From Obrimoposthia wandeli (taxonomy: Eukaryota), in the NCBI GenBank assembly GCA_977020255.1, contig CDROCS010001406.1, positions 558,001 to 622,000 of the forward strand: a DNA stretch of 64,000 bases. The letters are read 5' to 3'. The notes under the pieces are model-generated. The model searched no databases, was not told where the DNA came from, and saw nothing but the letters and a program-made list of their open reading frames with translations. A program made the position numbers and the translations under genes. Of the stretch, positions 40,701 through 50,554 are shown piece by piece. The first letter of the stretch is position 1; every line of letters starts with the position of its first letter.

Positions 40701-43700
40701 AGATATTTATTAAAGAATTTATTTTAAAAATTCGATACTGTACATAGTACCTTTATATTTCTAGCTCCCCGATCAATAATTTGTCTGCATATTGGATAAG
40801 TTATTAATTTTCTTGAACATGTTAAACATGTTTTCAAATGACTTCTGGGGAGAAATATGATTTCTTAGAAGAAATTTGACTTCTACATCATCAGTTAAAC
40901 ATACTCAACATTCAGGATATTCTAACATGTATGATAAAATATTAACAAATTGTTTATCCGGTTCTATAATTAAGTATGATAGATCAAACAATAAACCTAC
41001 AATTGATTTAAAATCACATTCAGTTCTCAATCTATAATTTGAAACCGACTTTATTCTTTCTTTTTTGAAATTTATTTTCATTTAAACAACCTGAGAATTT
41101 ATTTCCAATTTGTTTATCGGTTATACGATGTTCAATAATACAATCAATATAATTTTTAAGTGAAAGTTCTCTCCATGGGACATTTTAAACTTTCATATTC
41201 ATAATAAATGAGGAACATGTTTACTATGACGTGACATCGGTTTATTATCAAATTGCCTACATGAACCACATTGACTAAATACACAAAATACTTCATCATC
41301 AGGTTTCGATTTATTATGTTTAGATAATCCGGCCTTTGCTAATTCACTTGAAAAAGTATTGGATTTAAAATTTAAGATCAATGAGGAATATGTATTCACT
41401 TCTAATCTATACATGTATCATATTTAACTTGCATTTTTAAATATTTCATCTTTCTTGTAGTTTAATGGTCAATTACAGTTCTATAATAAATTTTATTTTC
41501 TACTAAACCATCACTTCTCATTTAAGACGATATTTATAGAAAAAACCAGTATCTTTTAAATTATTGACATAACATCATAATAATAATCCCTATCTTAAGT
41601 CCTACAATTATAACCTTTCCACTGGAGAATATGTTGACACATAATGGATTATATTTATTTACTCGGAGTGAAGGGAATAATTCCAGTTATAATATAAAAC
41701 CTGGTCCTAGTTTCATTGATAATTGATATTAATTGTCTTTCTTTCCAACAACCATAGTTACTGTAACTGATTGAATTCTTTCTATTTACATCGCATTCTT
41801 CGACAACTTCCTAAAAATAAATATCAATAATTATATCCCAAAGAGAACATACCTGATTTGAAAATAACTAAAGTATAATCTGCATACTTTTTTATATTGA
41901 CTTATAAACATCCACTGCCGTTGAGGAGTAACCAGGATTGGCTAGTCGATAAATTCAAAATATTCAGAACAGAAAAAAAATTAAATACACATCTGACAAA
42001 TTAACGCATTACACAAACTTCTAAAATTTATGTGTTTACAAAATAATTTTTTCCTCTCTTTGGATTTTACGTTTCAACAATAAAATCCCAATTCGTGAAT
42101 TTTTAAAATATCTGGGTTCAGCACATTTGATGGATATGGCTGAACTCCTTTTCTCTTAATCCTTTTTGAAATTGAGTATTTCCTTACAGCTTCAGACGGA
42201 GATTTACCGTCAAATGCAAAATACCAGCTTTTAATAATCATAACTGTTTCTTATTAGAATTTCCGTTTGTAAATTGTGAAATTATACATGTAAGGCCTTT
42301 GTGTGGGAATTTCCCACTTATGAGAACTATTTCCTTTGACATCTGTTATTTTTGTCGTGTTTGAGACTCAATAACATACGAATGTGAAATATAATGTTGA
42401 TCGGGATATCGGGTTACAATGGGCCTTTGTTTGATTTTGAAACAGATCTAATTTTCTTTACTTTGAAATATTTCTGTTAAAGTGTTTTTATTGATTATTT
42501 TTACAGTTTGGAGGGACGGTATGTTTTCCATGCGGTGATAAAACATGATAAATCGTACTTAAATGTGCAAAAATTATTATTCATTAATATTGTAGTTTAA
42601 AGCCATTTCGAGTTTGGGGAGTGGAAACAGCGGTTTGATAGTCAGCGATTAATTAACTGACCCAAGTCCCCAGTGGCTGCTTAATTTTTGCTGATGCTGC
42701 CCGGTATATGTGCGGGTGTGTGACTGGGCGATGGTGCTTGTCGAATCAGTTTGTGAGCAATGATGGCCTCTCTTTGAGTTATGAGTGTGCATAAGGGTGT
42801 CAATGTTTTTAATTTTTTATGAATCTAATTTCAGCTGTTGGATATTTATAAATAGAATTTAAAATTATGAATGGTGATGTGTTTATTTTTTATTTTAATT
42901 CATTAGATCAGCAGCGTTCGAGTATTTAAAAAGCACATTTATATTAAAAGATATCATATTTAAATATTAAACTCCATGAATAATATTGCTTTAAATATGA
43001 ATATTTCAATTCAATTAAACTTATAAATATTCATTTTTATAGGGTTCATTCAGTATATTTTATTGAGAATCCCATTTCTGTTTTACTTCCTAGTTAGTTA
43101 AATTATTTTAGTAAAATGATTCAAAGTAATCAAAATTTTAAACCGTAAATTTACTCTATATTTTAAGTTTTATTTTAGTGATGTATAATGTTCTGAATAA
43201 AGATATTTATTATTAAATTTACAATGGAACGAATATTCAAATATTATGAAAGGTCAAGCGACATAATTATGATTAACACCTTTTAAATTTTTATTTAAGA
43301 TTAATTAACTGACCCAAGTCCCCAGTGGCTGCTTAATTTTTGCTGATGCTGCCCGGTATATGTGCGGGTGTGTGACTGGGCGATGGTGCTTGTCGAACCA
43401 GTTTGTGAGCAATGATGGCCTCTCTTTGAGTTATGAGTGTGCATGAGGGTGTCAATGTTTTTAATTTTTTATGAATCTAATTTCAGCTGTTGGATATTTA
43501 TAAATAGAATTTAAAATTATGAATGGTGATGTGTTTATTTTTTATTTTAATTTATTAGATCAGCAGCGTTCGAGTATTTAAAAAGCACATTTATATTAAA
43601 AGATATCATATTTAAATATTAAACTCCATGAATAATATTGCTTTAAATATGAATATTTCAATTCAATTAAACTTACAAATATTCATCAGTCAACTTTAAA

Positions 43701-46700
43701 TATGAGATTTGGATGGATTCTGATAAAAAAAAGTATATGGGAAAATTCATGTACAGCTGATCATGTGAAACCCAAAAATGCTTTTTTTCCTTTAAAATCG
43801 ACTTATTACTATTATGTCATACAAATATTTTGACATTTTACAAGATATGTGAACTATTTTTGTAAAATATTCTTTGAATTTCATAATATAAAAAAATAAT
43901 TGTTTTTTTACATTTTTCATTACAATATAAAAATATTTTTAAAATAAATATTTGACAAAAGTGAGATTTACTTATTCAAAAATTCATTGTTGAATTAATG
44001 AGAGAAATAATTAACAGTGATAGAATGCAAGAAGAAATACCCGTAGTTCAATTCGTTCAATTAGATTTTTTTAGAATGCATGATATGATAAGGATCTTTG
44101 TTTAAAGACAATTTTACTAAACTTACGATAAAGTTAATTTTTATAACTGGAATTTTAAAGAAAGAATAATAAAATTTACGACAGTTTCAATAGATTAAAA
44201 AAATAATACGAAATCTCTGTATAATCTGATTTAAACTTAAAATATTGAATGTAGAACGTTTTGGACTGGCCTTTTTTAAGTATGACGATTAGAACTTTAC
44301 AGATTTTCGGTATAAATTGGTGTAGTTTCTATTAGGTTTCTTTCGGGTCAATTTATAAGAAATAGTTAATTTTTAAAAAAAATTGTTTACTCCAAACCGT
44401 AAAATACTTTTTAAATAGTATAACAGAAATATTTAAAAGCGAATGAAAATAAATATGTTTTAAAAATTAAACAATGGAAGGAAATGGATAAAAACTCACT
44501 GTTTGATAAAGCAATTCTAGAAGGTATCGAATTCAGTTTCTCAAATCATTCTAAACCTTTAAAACAACAACAAATAAATTCCAAATTCCAACTTCCTTTA
44601 GTTTAGAATAAGTTTCGACAATACACCGTAATAAACAGAATGGGAGATTTTAAAGAAATTTGGATCACCGGATATTCTAATTTATAATAATTTTAGCAGC
44701 CGTCAGAGATATTCAGGACATGAATAATTTTATTCAGCATGAAAGGTTTGCTGTGTAGTAATTTGACATTAAGTTCCCTGTCATTTATTAATTCAGTTAG
44801 CTAAAATCACACAATGTTTCATGTATTTGTATACTAAAACTACTAGCACTGGTGCGTAGTTTTTAACTATCAAAATGTAATAAAAAATCTTATTTTTCAC
44901 TTTGGAGTATTTTAGAGTGCATTCGTAAATTATTTTAATTATACTAATAATATTATCTTAAATCAAAATTTGTTATTTTATTATGCATAATTATTTTTGA
45001 AAATAAACATGCTGATTCCTCTTTAATTTTTTCATAATTATATTGAATAGTTTTAGAAACAACTGAAGATAAAATATACATTTTTAAAGATTCACGACTT
45101 TGACTAACTCTGTGTCTAAAAACATGTGTCAGAAATGGCGTGCTTTGTCCTTAATTTATTGAGTATTTAAGGCTCAGGTTAAAGCTATCTCGCAAATCGA
45201 CCTTTTGGGAGGACTGGGTTAAGATTTTATACGGGATATTTATTTGTATTTTTTAGTTTAAAATAAAAAAATAAATGTAAAAGATTATAAATAAAATTAA
45301 AATTAAAGATGTTGACCAATATAATGACAAATTGTGATTTTATCAATTATGTCAAGCCAAAAAAATTGAATGAAATTAATTAACCCTTTAACATCGGTAA
45401 TCCTTTTGAGCACTCCCGGCTACAGCTGTAAAAAATCAAAAATATTAAAATTAAAAAAAATATTTGCTGTAAATTAATTATAAAACTCGGATTATTATTT
45501 CCTATGTATAAATGTTTTTTATCATATAAATATTTATTTTTAACAAACAATTTGCAAGAGTTTTCAAGTTTTGAATCAAATTTGGAATTCCTTGAAACAT
45601 GATCTGATGCTCAATGGACCAGTAAATGCACCACACTAATAGTAGGTATCTTTTTCACCTCATTTCAAATGCAGAGAGCACGATTTACTTTGTGCGTCGT
45701 TGTGCACCATCTCCTATCGGAATTTTATTCGGTAAAAAACCTTCAGGCTGCAAAGGAATGTTAACCTTTATACGATACTATAATGATGTTGGCTCGATGC
45801 ACACAAGTATCTGGCTATATGCAAGGCGACTAAAAATTATAATAATATGAAATTTAAAGAATGAGTCACACATCTTTCAAGAAGTTATGTATTTTGCTTG
45901 GCATATCAGTAAGAACTTTGAATAATATTCCAACAAGAGAAAAGTTTAAATGCGTATACTCGTCTTAGCTACTGTAATAAAAAGTTAAAGGTTAATGTAT
46001 AAATGTTCATAATAATTGCACACTATACTTTGAATTTTTTCTTAATTTGTTTACCATATCACGATTACAATGTATGTGTGGCTATAGTATAAATTTAGAT
46101 ATTATTTTTTTTTCATAACCATATTTTTATGTTATATATTTCTATAGTACTTGTATGCAATATCGGCAGTGATATCAATTTGTAATAAACTTCATATCAT
46201 AACTTTGATAAGATGTACAATACGACTTGTGTTTGAACTTCAATACGATCATTTTTATATTTCAATTGCTGCTTCATCAAGGTTTGACAGCAATAATTTG
46301 TATACATACAGTCTTACATTATGTTTGAGAATAAAATTGTCCTTATAAAAATTATATATTAAACTGCACTATTTTCTTCAAATAAAAATTAATAAAATTT
46401 TGCTGTTAAGAGTAAATTTGAATATTTCAATACAAAGATTTCTATCCCAAATCATTATTCTGAAATGCATAATGTGCCAACTTTTTGACGTATATTATCA
46501 ATAAAATAATATATGAAATTATCATTATGTTGACAGTTCTCTGTGAGGCAATTATTTGTGTTCACCATTGCTTTACTTTTTTATCTACTTTACTTTTACA
46601 TTTCATAACTTTAAATTATTATTAAATGTATAAATTGCTGATAAATTGTCTTGTATTTTGGAATACTGTTATGTCATGGACTAATTTATAAAAATTGTTC

Positions 46701-49700
46701 TTTTGTCATGTAAAATATGACATAATATAATTCTTCAATAGACTATAAATATCTGAAGTAAAGGATGAAATATGCATTAAACTACGTGTCGAAGTAATTT
46801 TAACTTTTAAATAAACATGTGATTAAAGTTTATTTATTAATTTGTAACTAATACATAATTATATATCGTAACATTTAATTATTCATGAAAAAAACTTTTT
46901 ATTAACGTTTGTTATATTTCTCAGTTTACACACTGTAAAAGAAAGTTGACGTAGACTACACAATGACATCGCCAGCTATATCTTAAAAATCAAGAATGAT
47001 TTGCATTGGGGGTATTCACAAATATTTCATCAATACCGGTAATTTATCGTTATTGAATGAGTTATACAAATAACTTAAATTCAAAGTCCGAGTAGAATTT
47101 ATTACGAGATCTGGTTGAAGTCCAATTCCATTTTTAAGAAACATACTATTAGTGCCTTAACTAAATTATTCATTTTTTTAATATACACAATCAATTTTTA
47201 TCGACAAAGCTTGTTCCAAAATCCGTTGATTAAATTTTAAATTATGGCTAAAAGAATATACCTTGATAATTAACAGATTGATCAAATGAAATACGGCATT
47301 AATGTAATCTCTGGAATTACATTTGCCTCTAAATATTCTGGAAGCGTCCGATTCTTTTCGGAAACTTTCTCATGTCAACAGTTAACCTAGTCTGTAGAAT
47401 CCCAATTTCAACAACACTACGGAACAAGGGCAAGTAAACAACAGGAAGCCAAGTCTGTATAACAGGGCTACTATTAAATCATAAAAACAAAATCAATGAA
47501 TAATAACAATAATAAACGTGAAAAAGGGTACGCAACGAAATTTAAAGAAAATCATAGTCTACTCTACCATTGTCGTCATCACATCAATTCGTCATATCAA
47601 AAGGTCTAGTTGATCGACATAATCCCGAGATTATAGTCACTGTCATCTGTGTGCTCAGAGAGGGCGAGGTGGATGGGGAGGGGTCGGCATTGTCGCGAAC
47701 AAGAGTGCGTCACTAAACCCCGACTCAGAAGATCGCCAGCTAGGCTCGACGGTCATGGAATGTAGGCGTACTCCGCCTTATTGTGCATAATGAGACCATT
47801 GTTGACGAAGTAGAAGCTGTCCGACTTGGTCATATAGGGATTCTTCATCATCTCATCGACTGGGAGAGAAAAAATCGGATTATAGATCAAACAATTACAT
47901 CGACTTTGTCATCGTGATGCTTAACTATTGACCAAAAGATGAGGAAAAGAGTTAAAGGGATTTATTAAATTAGCAGTGTACATTAGGATGATGACTTTTT
48001 TACGTTTTTCTTAAATTTAAAGATTGTATCATACATATAATATGAGATTTTTTTTGTAGATTCTGAATATATATTTTATAATATAACTCGTAAAAAATAC
48101 AGGCCACTAACTTCATTGAAAGTTTTAATAAAATATACTATTAAATTATAAATAAAACAATATAAATTACAAAGATATTAAAAATACATTTCATTAAATT
48201 TATAAATTGTTTTATTTTTTAATGTTTTATCTGATCGGCTGTATTGCAAAATTTCGGACATCGTCGCTAAGGATAATTCCGCTACTTCATTTGTGGCATC
48301 AATATCTACTGGAAGAATCTCTAGCTGAATCTCTTTCAACTAAGTCTATTTTCGATAAAATAATCTTCTAAATTGTCCCCTCTTACTTGTCGTATCCTGC
48401 ATCTATACCTAGCAGGTCCCTATAAATCCACAATGAACTCGCATAATTCCGTAATATATTGATTACGAGTTAAATTTAATAAGAATGCAATTAATATATA
48501 CGAAGCTAACGAATTCCACCTTACATTAGACATTGGAATTCTATTGTACACTGTACATAACATTATATTTCGAAACGCAGATTCAAAGAGTGGTGATATA
48601 ATCCAATGTGATGATATAAAGCCCTTATGTTGAGCAAAAATACACAGATCAACTATTTAGAGATCAACATTTGATTCATTTTTATCTTTTTTTGAAAGCT
48701 TTCTATAAAATACCTTTCAAATTATCTGGCGAACTTACTAGTTTCCCAAGTGTTCTTAAACAACTTGAATGCAGGAATAATCTAGTGAGAGGAGTCTGGG
48801 GAAAATCTTTGAGCGAAAATAAATATCTCGTCGATCCGTAGCGATATCCACATCAGGTCTCCAAGGTGAAATGTCTATAGTCTTAGAACAATGTAGATAA
48901 ATGTAGTCGTACCTGCACATTTAGTCCATCCCACATCACTAGTTTTACTTATCAAAAATGGTCTACTAGGCATTTGTATCAAATCGTGCTACTTCAATGA
49001 AGATTCCACACATCGGACCCATAAAGTTCTAGAATAAGCTTGAATATTATTGGATTCTATTAAAAATCAAACACAACGATATTATTTAGGTATTCATTTA
49101 TTAACAGATTCTACATAAAAGCTACATTTATATTTAATATCTCTTTATACTGATATTTTTTTGAAATTTATCATTTAATTTATGTAGGTGTAATATAACT
49201 GCGAGCCATTTATTACGTTTGTTCACCCTTGTGACTATAAAGAAATATATATACTTTTATGTGATGCTTTTTTTGGTGTAAAACATGAAATTTAATTAAG
49301 CCAATCGAATTTTAAAGTCACTTGAAGTGTCTAAAAACTTTAATAATTTTTAATTTAAATCAAAGCCCTATGAAATCTGAAAAAAATATTGTTCTTTGAT
49401 CTTTATTTTTGTCAGGGATTCATCACTAGATTAGATAGCCGATATTAACTGATATGTAAATCCAGACTTGAATATAAGATTGTCCAACATGAAATTATCG
49501 ATGTTGTACACTTAAAATCAAGCCTTATATAATAATTGTTTTTCTATAATTTATTCAAATTAAACCACAGAATTCTAAATTTCAAATTGAAACGAAAACA
49601 TGATTTTTTTATCACTTTAAAGTAATTTTTTCGAGGAACAAAATCTATTGCTGTATTTGTATGTAGTTCCATTTGAGTTAGATGTACATGATAGAATCGT

Positions 49701-50554
49701 AAGATGATCTTAAAGGTTTGAAGATTGTGAAATGGAGTTATCAAATAAGGACCGAGGTTCTTGAAAAGGAAGCCTCAAAGAAATATTTACATACTAAACG
49801 CAATCATCCGTTACGACATTTGAAAGTATCCAAATCAGTCACCATGAATCACATTAAAGCGATTGACTTGGTAAAAAGAGGGACACATGGGAACGGACAA
49901 TTTTCAAAAAAGATCCTGATTCGATATAAAAGTGTTGTTTCTTGAAGGTTTGGTAACATGTGACAAAAGGTGTATAAAATACGATAAAAGAAAGCGCTCA
50001 GAACAGTGAATAGAAAAAGACCATTGAACCAGTATTTAATGCTAACTACATCATTGTTCCATATGGGTATTGTTCATCATAAATATTTGGAACCAGTTCT
50101 ACGTTCAATAGAGAAAGGATTGTATGGAATTTGAAGAAATGCGTAAATATTTCAAACTTGTGTCCGTTGGTGATTAATAGAAAAGGATCTTTATTTCGGC
50201 ATGACAATACCAGACGCCCTATTTCAAAAACAAACTACTCGAAGCTGAATGCTGTAGATTATGAAGTTATGCCCCATCATCCCTATTGGCTCAACTTAGA
50301 TCAAACATAATACCATTTCTTCAAAGATTGAGTGAAAATTATACAAACTTTTTGAATATGTGACATTTGCTGAAGCCACAAGGGGAGCGGACAAGTACAA
50401 TTTGCATTCCTGTTTGCATGTCAGCTATAGTATCTTACTTTCTGATTCTGAGAGAGACGGGAACTCGTAGATGTGTTCTACTGTGTTTTCAGATTCCGGC
50501 ATGATGAATCCGAAGTCAAAATCGAAGCTCTTCAGAAGCCGTTCCTTGAAGTAG
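103..50554 (+). CDS. Multi-exon coiled-coil protein of unknown family (5' end probably upstream of window)
   Basis: Exons chained by hand with AG/GT boundaries and matching phases: 103-286, 5175-5283, 6114-6211, 8049-8128, 11547-11655, 12120-12217, 17084-17158, 18270-18370, 36243-36370, 36492-36647, 36767-36994, 39184-39325, 50493-50554 (TAG). Translation is E/K/Q/R-rich (e.g. [16 protein letters not shown]; [36 protein letters not shown]; [27 protein letters not shown]) and ends [19 protein letters not shown]. Extra exons may have been missed. Confidence 0.75.
503..715. repeat. Fold-back (inverted repeat), ~62-bp arms, MITE-like
   Basis: 503-564 (gtaataaaactcagatcgaactgaaggtttgcaagtaagttgtgatcgatgtctggccacca) is the near reverse complement of 654-715; spacer ~89 bp; no clear TSD. 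Confidence 0.8.
4363..4460 (+). mobile_element. tRNA-derived SINE head / tRNA pseudogene
   Basis: A-box-like tgtagtgatag and B-box ggttcaattcc, followed by gggtcgtggccactaattttctctcaaactta, which is shared with the copy at ~5370-5465. Confidence 0.55.
5370..5465 (-). mobile_element. tRNA-derived SINE head, second copy (inverted)
   Basis: Minus strand reads ggttcaaaccccggttgtggcatctaatttttcctcaacctaa: B-box plus the same tail as 4363-4460. Confidence 0.5.
6851..7273. mobile_element. hAT-type MITE (423 bp)
   Basis: Imperfect TIRs cagggcctgtgagag / ctcttacaggcctg; perfect 8-bp TSD ATGATGAA at 6843-6850 and 7274-7281. Confidence 0.85.
9608..9848. repeat. Tandem repeat, 79-bp unit x3
   Basis: Unit beginning atacttcataaatttagtcc recurs at 9608, 9687 and 9766, almost identical. 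Confidence 0.9.
10857..11350 (+). pseudogene. Tc1/mariner-like transposase relic
   Basis: Fragment [29 protein letters not shown] (~11255-11345) resembles the first catalytic Asp motif (ILWTDEAxF) of Tc1-like transposases; degraded. Confidence 0.45.
14160..15285 (+). pseudogene. Tigger/pogo (DDE_1) transposase relic
   Basis: [18 protein letters not shown] (~14236-14290) matches the NxDETGLFYRALP motif; acidic C-terminal tail in ORF 14798-15232; TIR-like end ...gacaagttacactgta near 15282. Confidence 0.6.
21190..21988 (-). pseudogene. pogo-like transposase relic, 3' part (left of the Maverick)
   Basis: [34 protein letters not shown] and [23 protein letters not shown] match pogo DDE motifs (FDM..TG.EK..FTV; IPGGLT..LQPLD.SVN.PFK). 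Confidence 0.75.
21995..22064. repeat. Left TIR of Maverick
   Basis: Imperfect inverted match to 33345-33416, with a diverged C-rich middle. Confidence 0.9.
22051..22140. repeat. Subterminal tandem repeat, 25-bp unit x3.6
   Basis: tgtatttgtgtggagtgaaattttg / agtatgtgtgtggagtgaaatttca / tgtatgtgtgtagagtgaaatttcg / tgcatgtgtgtaggg. Confidence 0.9.
22442..22852 (-). CDS. Maverick accessory ORF of unknown function (paralogue A)
   Basis: Open frame [13 protein letters not shown]...[32 protein letters not shown], about 136 aa from the ATG at 22852. Confidence 0.65.
   Translation of the reverse strand: MDPLLRCVGDFYYTERISKGKLCNILKRHQIIRVMNPVKISKVENKYLIEILTTSDIDQLKNILGFYIPDYVYEGNCFQLETDPSLAFKDDLGYLIAPILDEELWNISIRLNGYFADDGKMQPLWTLSEANMLFYV
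22985..23520 (-). pseudogene. Maverick accessory ORF with in-frame stops (paralogue B)
   Basis: One frame through several stops: ...[49 protein letters not shown]...[50 protein letters not shown]. Confidence 0.55.
23720..24215 (+). CDS. TBP-like (TATA-box-binding protein fold) protein carried by the Maverick; exons 23720-23849 and 23884-24215
   Basis: Second repeat [34 protein letters not shown]...IFENI aligns with eukaryotic TBP [33 protein letters not shown]...AFENI. Splicing out GT..AG 23850-23883 gives [16 protein letters not shown], in register with TBP repeat 1 TALIFSSGKMVCTGAK. An upstream in-frame ATG exists at 23654. Confidence 0.85.
24244..24399 (+). CDS. Small Maverick ORF, unknown function
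   Basis: [51 protein letters not shown], between the TBP-like gene and the ATPase, on the same strand. Confidence 0.4.
   Translation: MNNTINTDNQVDCLVDEIFSGNIRGKEILSELKNNDITRDNIEILIRSHVI
24554..25219 (+). pseudogene. Genome-packaging ATPase (A32/FtsK-like), in-frame stops
   Basis: Walker A-like [10 protein letters not shown], Walker [24 protein letters not shown] and LVLFKNTRD; stops at about 24788 and 24960. Confidence 0.92.
25209..25349 (+). pseudogene. Small highly basic protein (putative DNA-condensing core protein)
   Basis: [45 protein letters not shown]; one internal stop. Confidence 0.5.
25378..25707 (+). CDS. Basic virion core protein with adenain-type cleavage site (adenovirus pX/pVII-like)
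   Basis: K/R-rich body ending KQNGG|[17 protein letters not shown]; GG|hydrophobic motif then an amphipathic helix, as in adenoviral pX precursors. Confidence 0.75.
   Translation: MKKIQRSIPYFKALVKASSHKRMIILKVFPSFVVDDLLEVLYNIVLGRVKFGKRKNVLKKYRKTLLDIDNVKSKKRKRNIILKQNGGFIRAVIPVVASIINSIIAATRS
25736..25954 (+). CDS. Overprinted small ORF with N-myristoylation consensus
   Basis: MGANPS (MGxxxS) plus a CC pair; 72 codons open, overlapping the integrase 5' end in another frame. Confidence 0.45.
   Translation: MGANPSLPKFKFSIYSNCCNGEDMVQSKRSNWLHNSFKISTKNKTKLQENAEMAERPVSLQSEQADEKKVYN
25794..26817 (+). pseudogene. Retroviral-like (c-int) integrase with C-terminal chromodomain-like region
   Basis: WQMDL (D1), [18 protein letters not shown] (D2), [10 protein letters not shown] (E); later GKFYEQEL and YFVKWHGY; stop at 26208 and a frameshift near 26500. 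Confidence 0.95.
26818..27395 (+). pseudogene. Minor capsid (penton-like) protein, truncated
   Basis: [46 protein letters not shown] matches the LPSN...P.N...F....I.L.G.W..AL.E N-terminus of Polinton minor capsid proteins. Confidence 0.75.
27419..28468 (+). pseudogene. Major capsid protein (double jelly-roll, PY), N-terminus deleted, one in-frame stop
   Basis: [19 protein letters not shown]...[14 protein letters not shown]; [14 protein letters not shown]; after the TAA at 28328-28330 the frame continues [37 protein letters not shown]. Confidence 0.9.
28470..28849 (+). pseudogene. Adenain-like cysteine maturation protease; exons 28470-28474 and 28516-28849
   Basis: Catalytic motifs GEHW, FDPL, QYQ, NCG; TGA at 28817-28819. 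A 41-nt GTAAG...TTTAG intron (28475-28515) gives [25 protein letters not shown]. Confidence 0.88.
29111..32207 (-). pseudogene. Protein-primed family B DNA polymerase (pPolB), endonuclease VII-like Zn-finger type
   Basis: SSGWTL..GSSY; [16 protein letters not shown]; C2H2-like [12 protein letters not shown]; CYLC..HDHVTG..ACNLC; exonuclease [17 protein letters not shown]; polymerase [38 protein letters not shown]. Several stops and frameshifts, plus an internal deletion near 29690. Confidence 0.95.
31617..31776. repeat. (AAT)21 microsatellite insertion flanked by a 42-bp direct duplication
   Basis: 31617-31658 equals 31735-31776 with one mismatch; (att)21 at 31661-31723; period 118 bp shifts the pPolB frame. 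Confidence 0.9.
32209..33003 (-). CDS. Acidic, low-complexity Maverick protein upstream of pPolB (activator-like, or pPolB N-terminal extension)
   Basis: Uninterrupted 264-codon, GC-richer ORF; D/E/W-rich blocks [10 protein letters not shown] and [13 protein letters not shown]; repeated YIDLLSQDS / YFDLTSQNS; basic tail KPFKRPK. Confidence 0.7.
   Translation of the reverse strand: MFVYIKTPPFINFPNSTMPFYNNVDLNQEVQLYEDLSPVQQRTPPQAQYIDLLSQDSSMVSEGEAAATADLLQEEPPLASSIPREEPMNMRDGLQRSQYFDLTSQNSIENWEDCTPRQNTETACSATSAVAARRSNIFDNFEAAIKRHRKLIPLSQPEKVLAPDSDEELLTDDVPLDGEGDWTTFIDEWIQPSIGAPGANESMVAELDEDEWDLFTDDWDGLTPSATPTPKADNTTPKPFKRPKSPIHAVRRIKATNEVRHHLF
33026..33279 (-). promoter_or_regulatory. Putative promoter of the acidic-ORF/pPolB unit: 49-bp direct repeats with E2F-like site, GC box, CCAAT boxes
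   Basis: Repeats 33058-33106 and 33231-33279 (3 mismatches); TTTCGCGC at 33075-33082; GGGCGG at 33118-33123; ccaat at 33026 and attgg at 33188. Confidence 0.5.
33345..33416. repeat. Right TIR of Maverick
   Basis: Ends ...gattagaccggacacatccacctact, followed by the TSD cataac. Confidence 0.9.
33423..33510 (-). pseudogene. pogo-like transposase relic, 5' part (right of the Maverick)
   Basis: Minus strand [17 protein letters not shown] joins across the TSD in frame to NPTKRAWR at 21988, resembling the pogo N-terminal HTH (VRRWRKQ..L). Confidence 0.65.
33833..34594 (+). CDS. Intronless predicted type I membrane protein, unknown family
   Basis: Hydrophobic N-terminus [19 protein letters not shown] (signal-like), ~180-aa Cys-free ectodomain, TM segment [28 protein letters not shown] then basic RYCRLLK; open frame, GC above its flanks. 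Confidence 0.65.
   Translation: MHVYLMIKLVLSFILFGIILKSNSAPIGINLPKFQWNQKTDAEKPIFYSHIWIPFTMKLPVGFWETHGNMVAFVVHRDWSKILQTAVLVTKNGLVYHGRGMGDLVVLGVNGDSLNRQAAGLSGKISFSELAGHFTFSVVPLNWPSRFLVGTSQLLKTRLPHKYFFKNLLLERLEMNRQASIYNANLIIHRSNVFIDNIRTISQNVKVTIFLAIPVAIVIVFGVVMFISWILSIVRYCRLLKIVQRGTVNTIQL
34968..36251 (+). repeat. Copy A of ~1.3-kb inverted duplication
   Basis: Blocks such as ggccatcattgctcacaaactggttcgacaagcacca and gtgggaaattcccacac match the reverse complement of 41910-43298. Confidence 0.85.
37594..37996. mobile_element. pogo/Tc1-mariner-type MITE (403 bp)
   Basis: 27-bp TIRs ccgtaaatttgcatgtacaaggcgcac / gtgcgccttgtacatgcgaatttacgg (1 mismatch), TA TSD, subterminal tgcgccttatac repeats. 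Confidence 0.9.
40753..41414 (-). pseudogene. IAP-like (BIR + RING) pseudogene, antisense in an intron
   Basis: BIR-like RL..TY...ELAKAGL...DEVFCVFS...[14 protein letters not shown]; RING-like [14 protein letters not shown]...[22 protein letters not shown] (compare IAP CKVC.D.EV.IVF.PCGHLV.C..CA..L..CPICR..I). Confidence 0.7.
41910..43298 (-). repeat. Copy B of inverted duplication
   Basis: Reverse complement of 34968-36251 with indels, extending through the splice-acceptor region (gactagccaatcctg) and cagtggat. Confidence 0.85.
43299..43686. repeat. 388-bp near-identical direct duplicate of 42647-43034
   Basis: Both start gattaattaactgacccaagtcc and end aaatattcat; offset 652 bp; few mismatches. 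Confidence 0.9.
45384..45991 (-). mobile_element. piggyBac-like non-autonomous element
   Basis: TTAA|ccctttaac...gttaaagg|TTAA; minus-strand relic [30 protein letters not shown] resembles the piggyBac C-terminal Cys-rich domain. Confidence 0.55.
49700..50340 (+). pseudogene. mariner transposase relic
   Basis: [15 protein letters not shown]...[20 protein letters not shown] matches mariner LHDNARPH...EVLPHPPYSPDLAP.DYHFF. Confidence 0.7.

Noticed and set aside
47500-49000. Possible retroelement coding remnant (GC-richer patches)
   Set aside because: No diagnostic motif could be recovered by eye in any frame; left unannotated.
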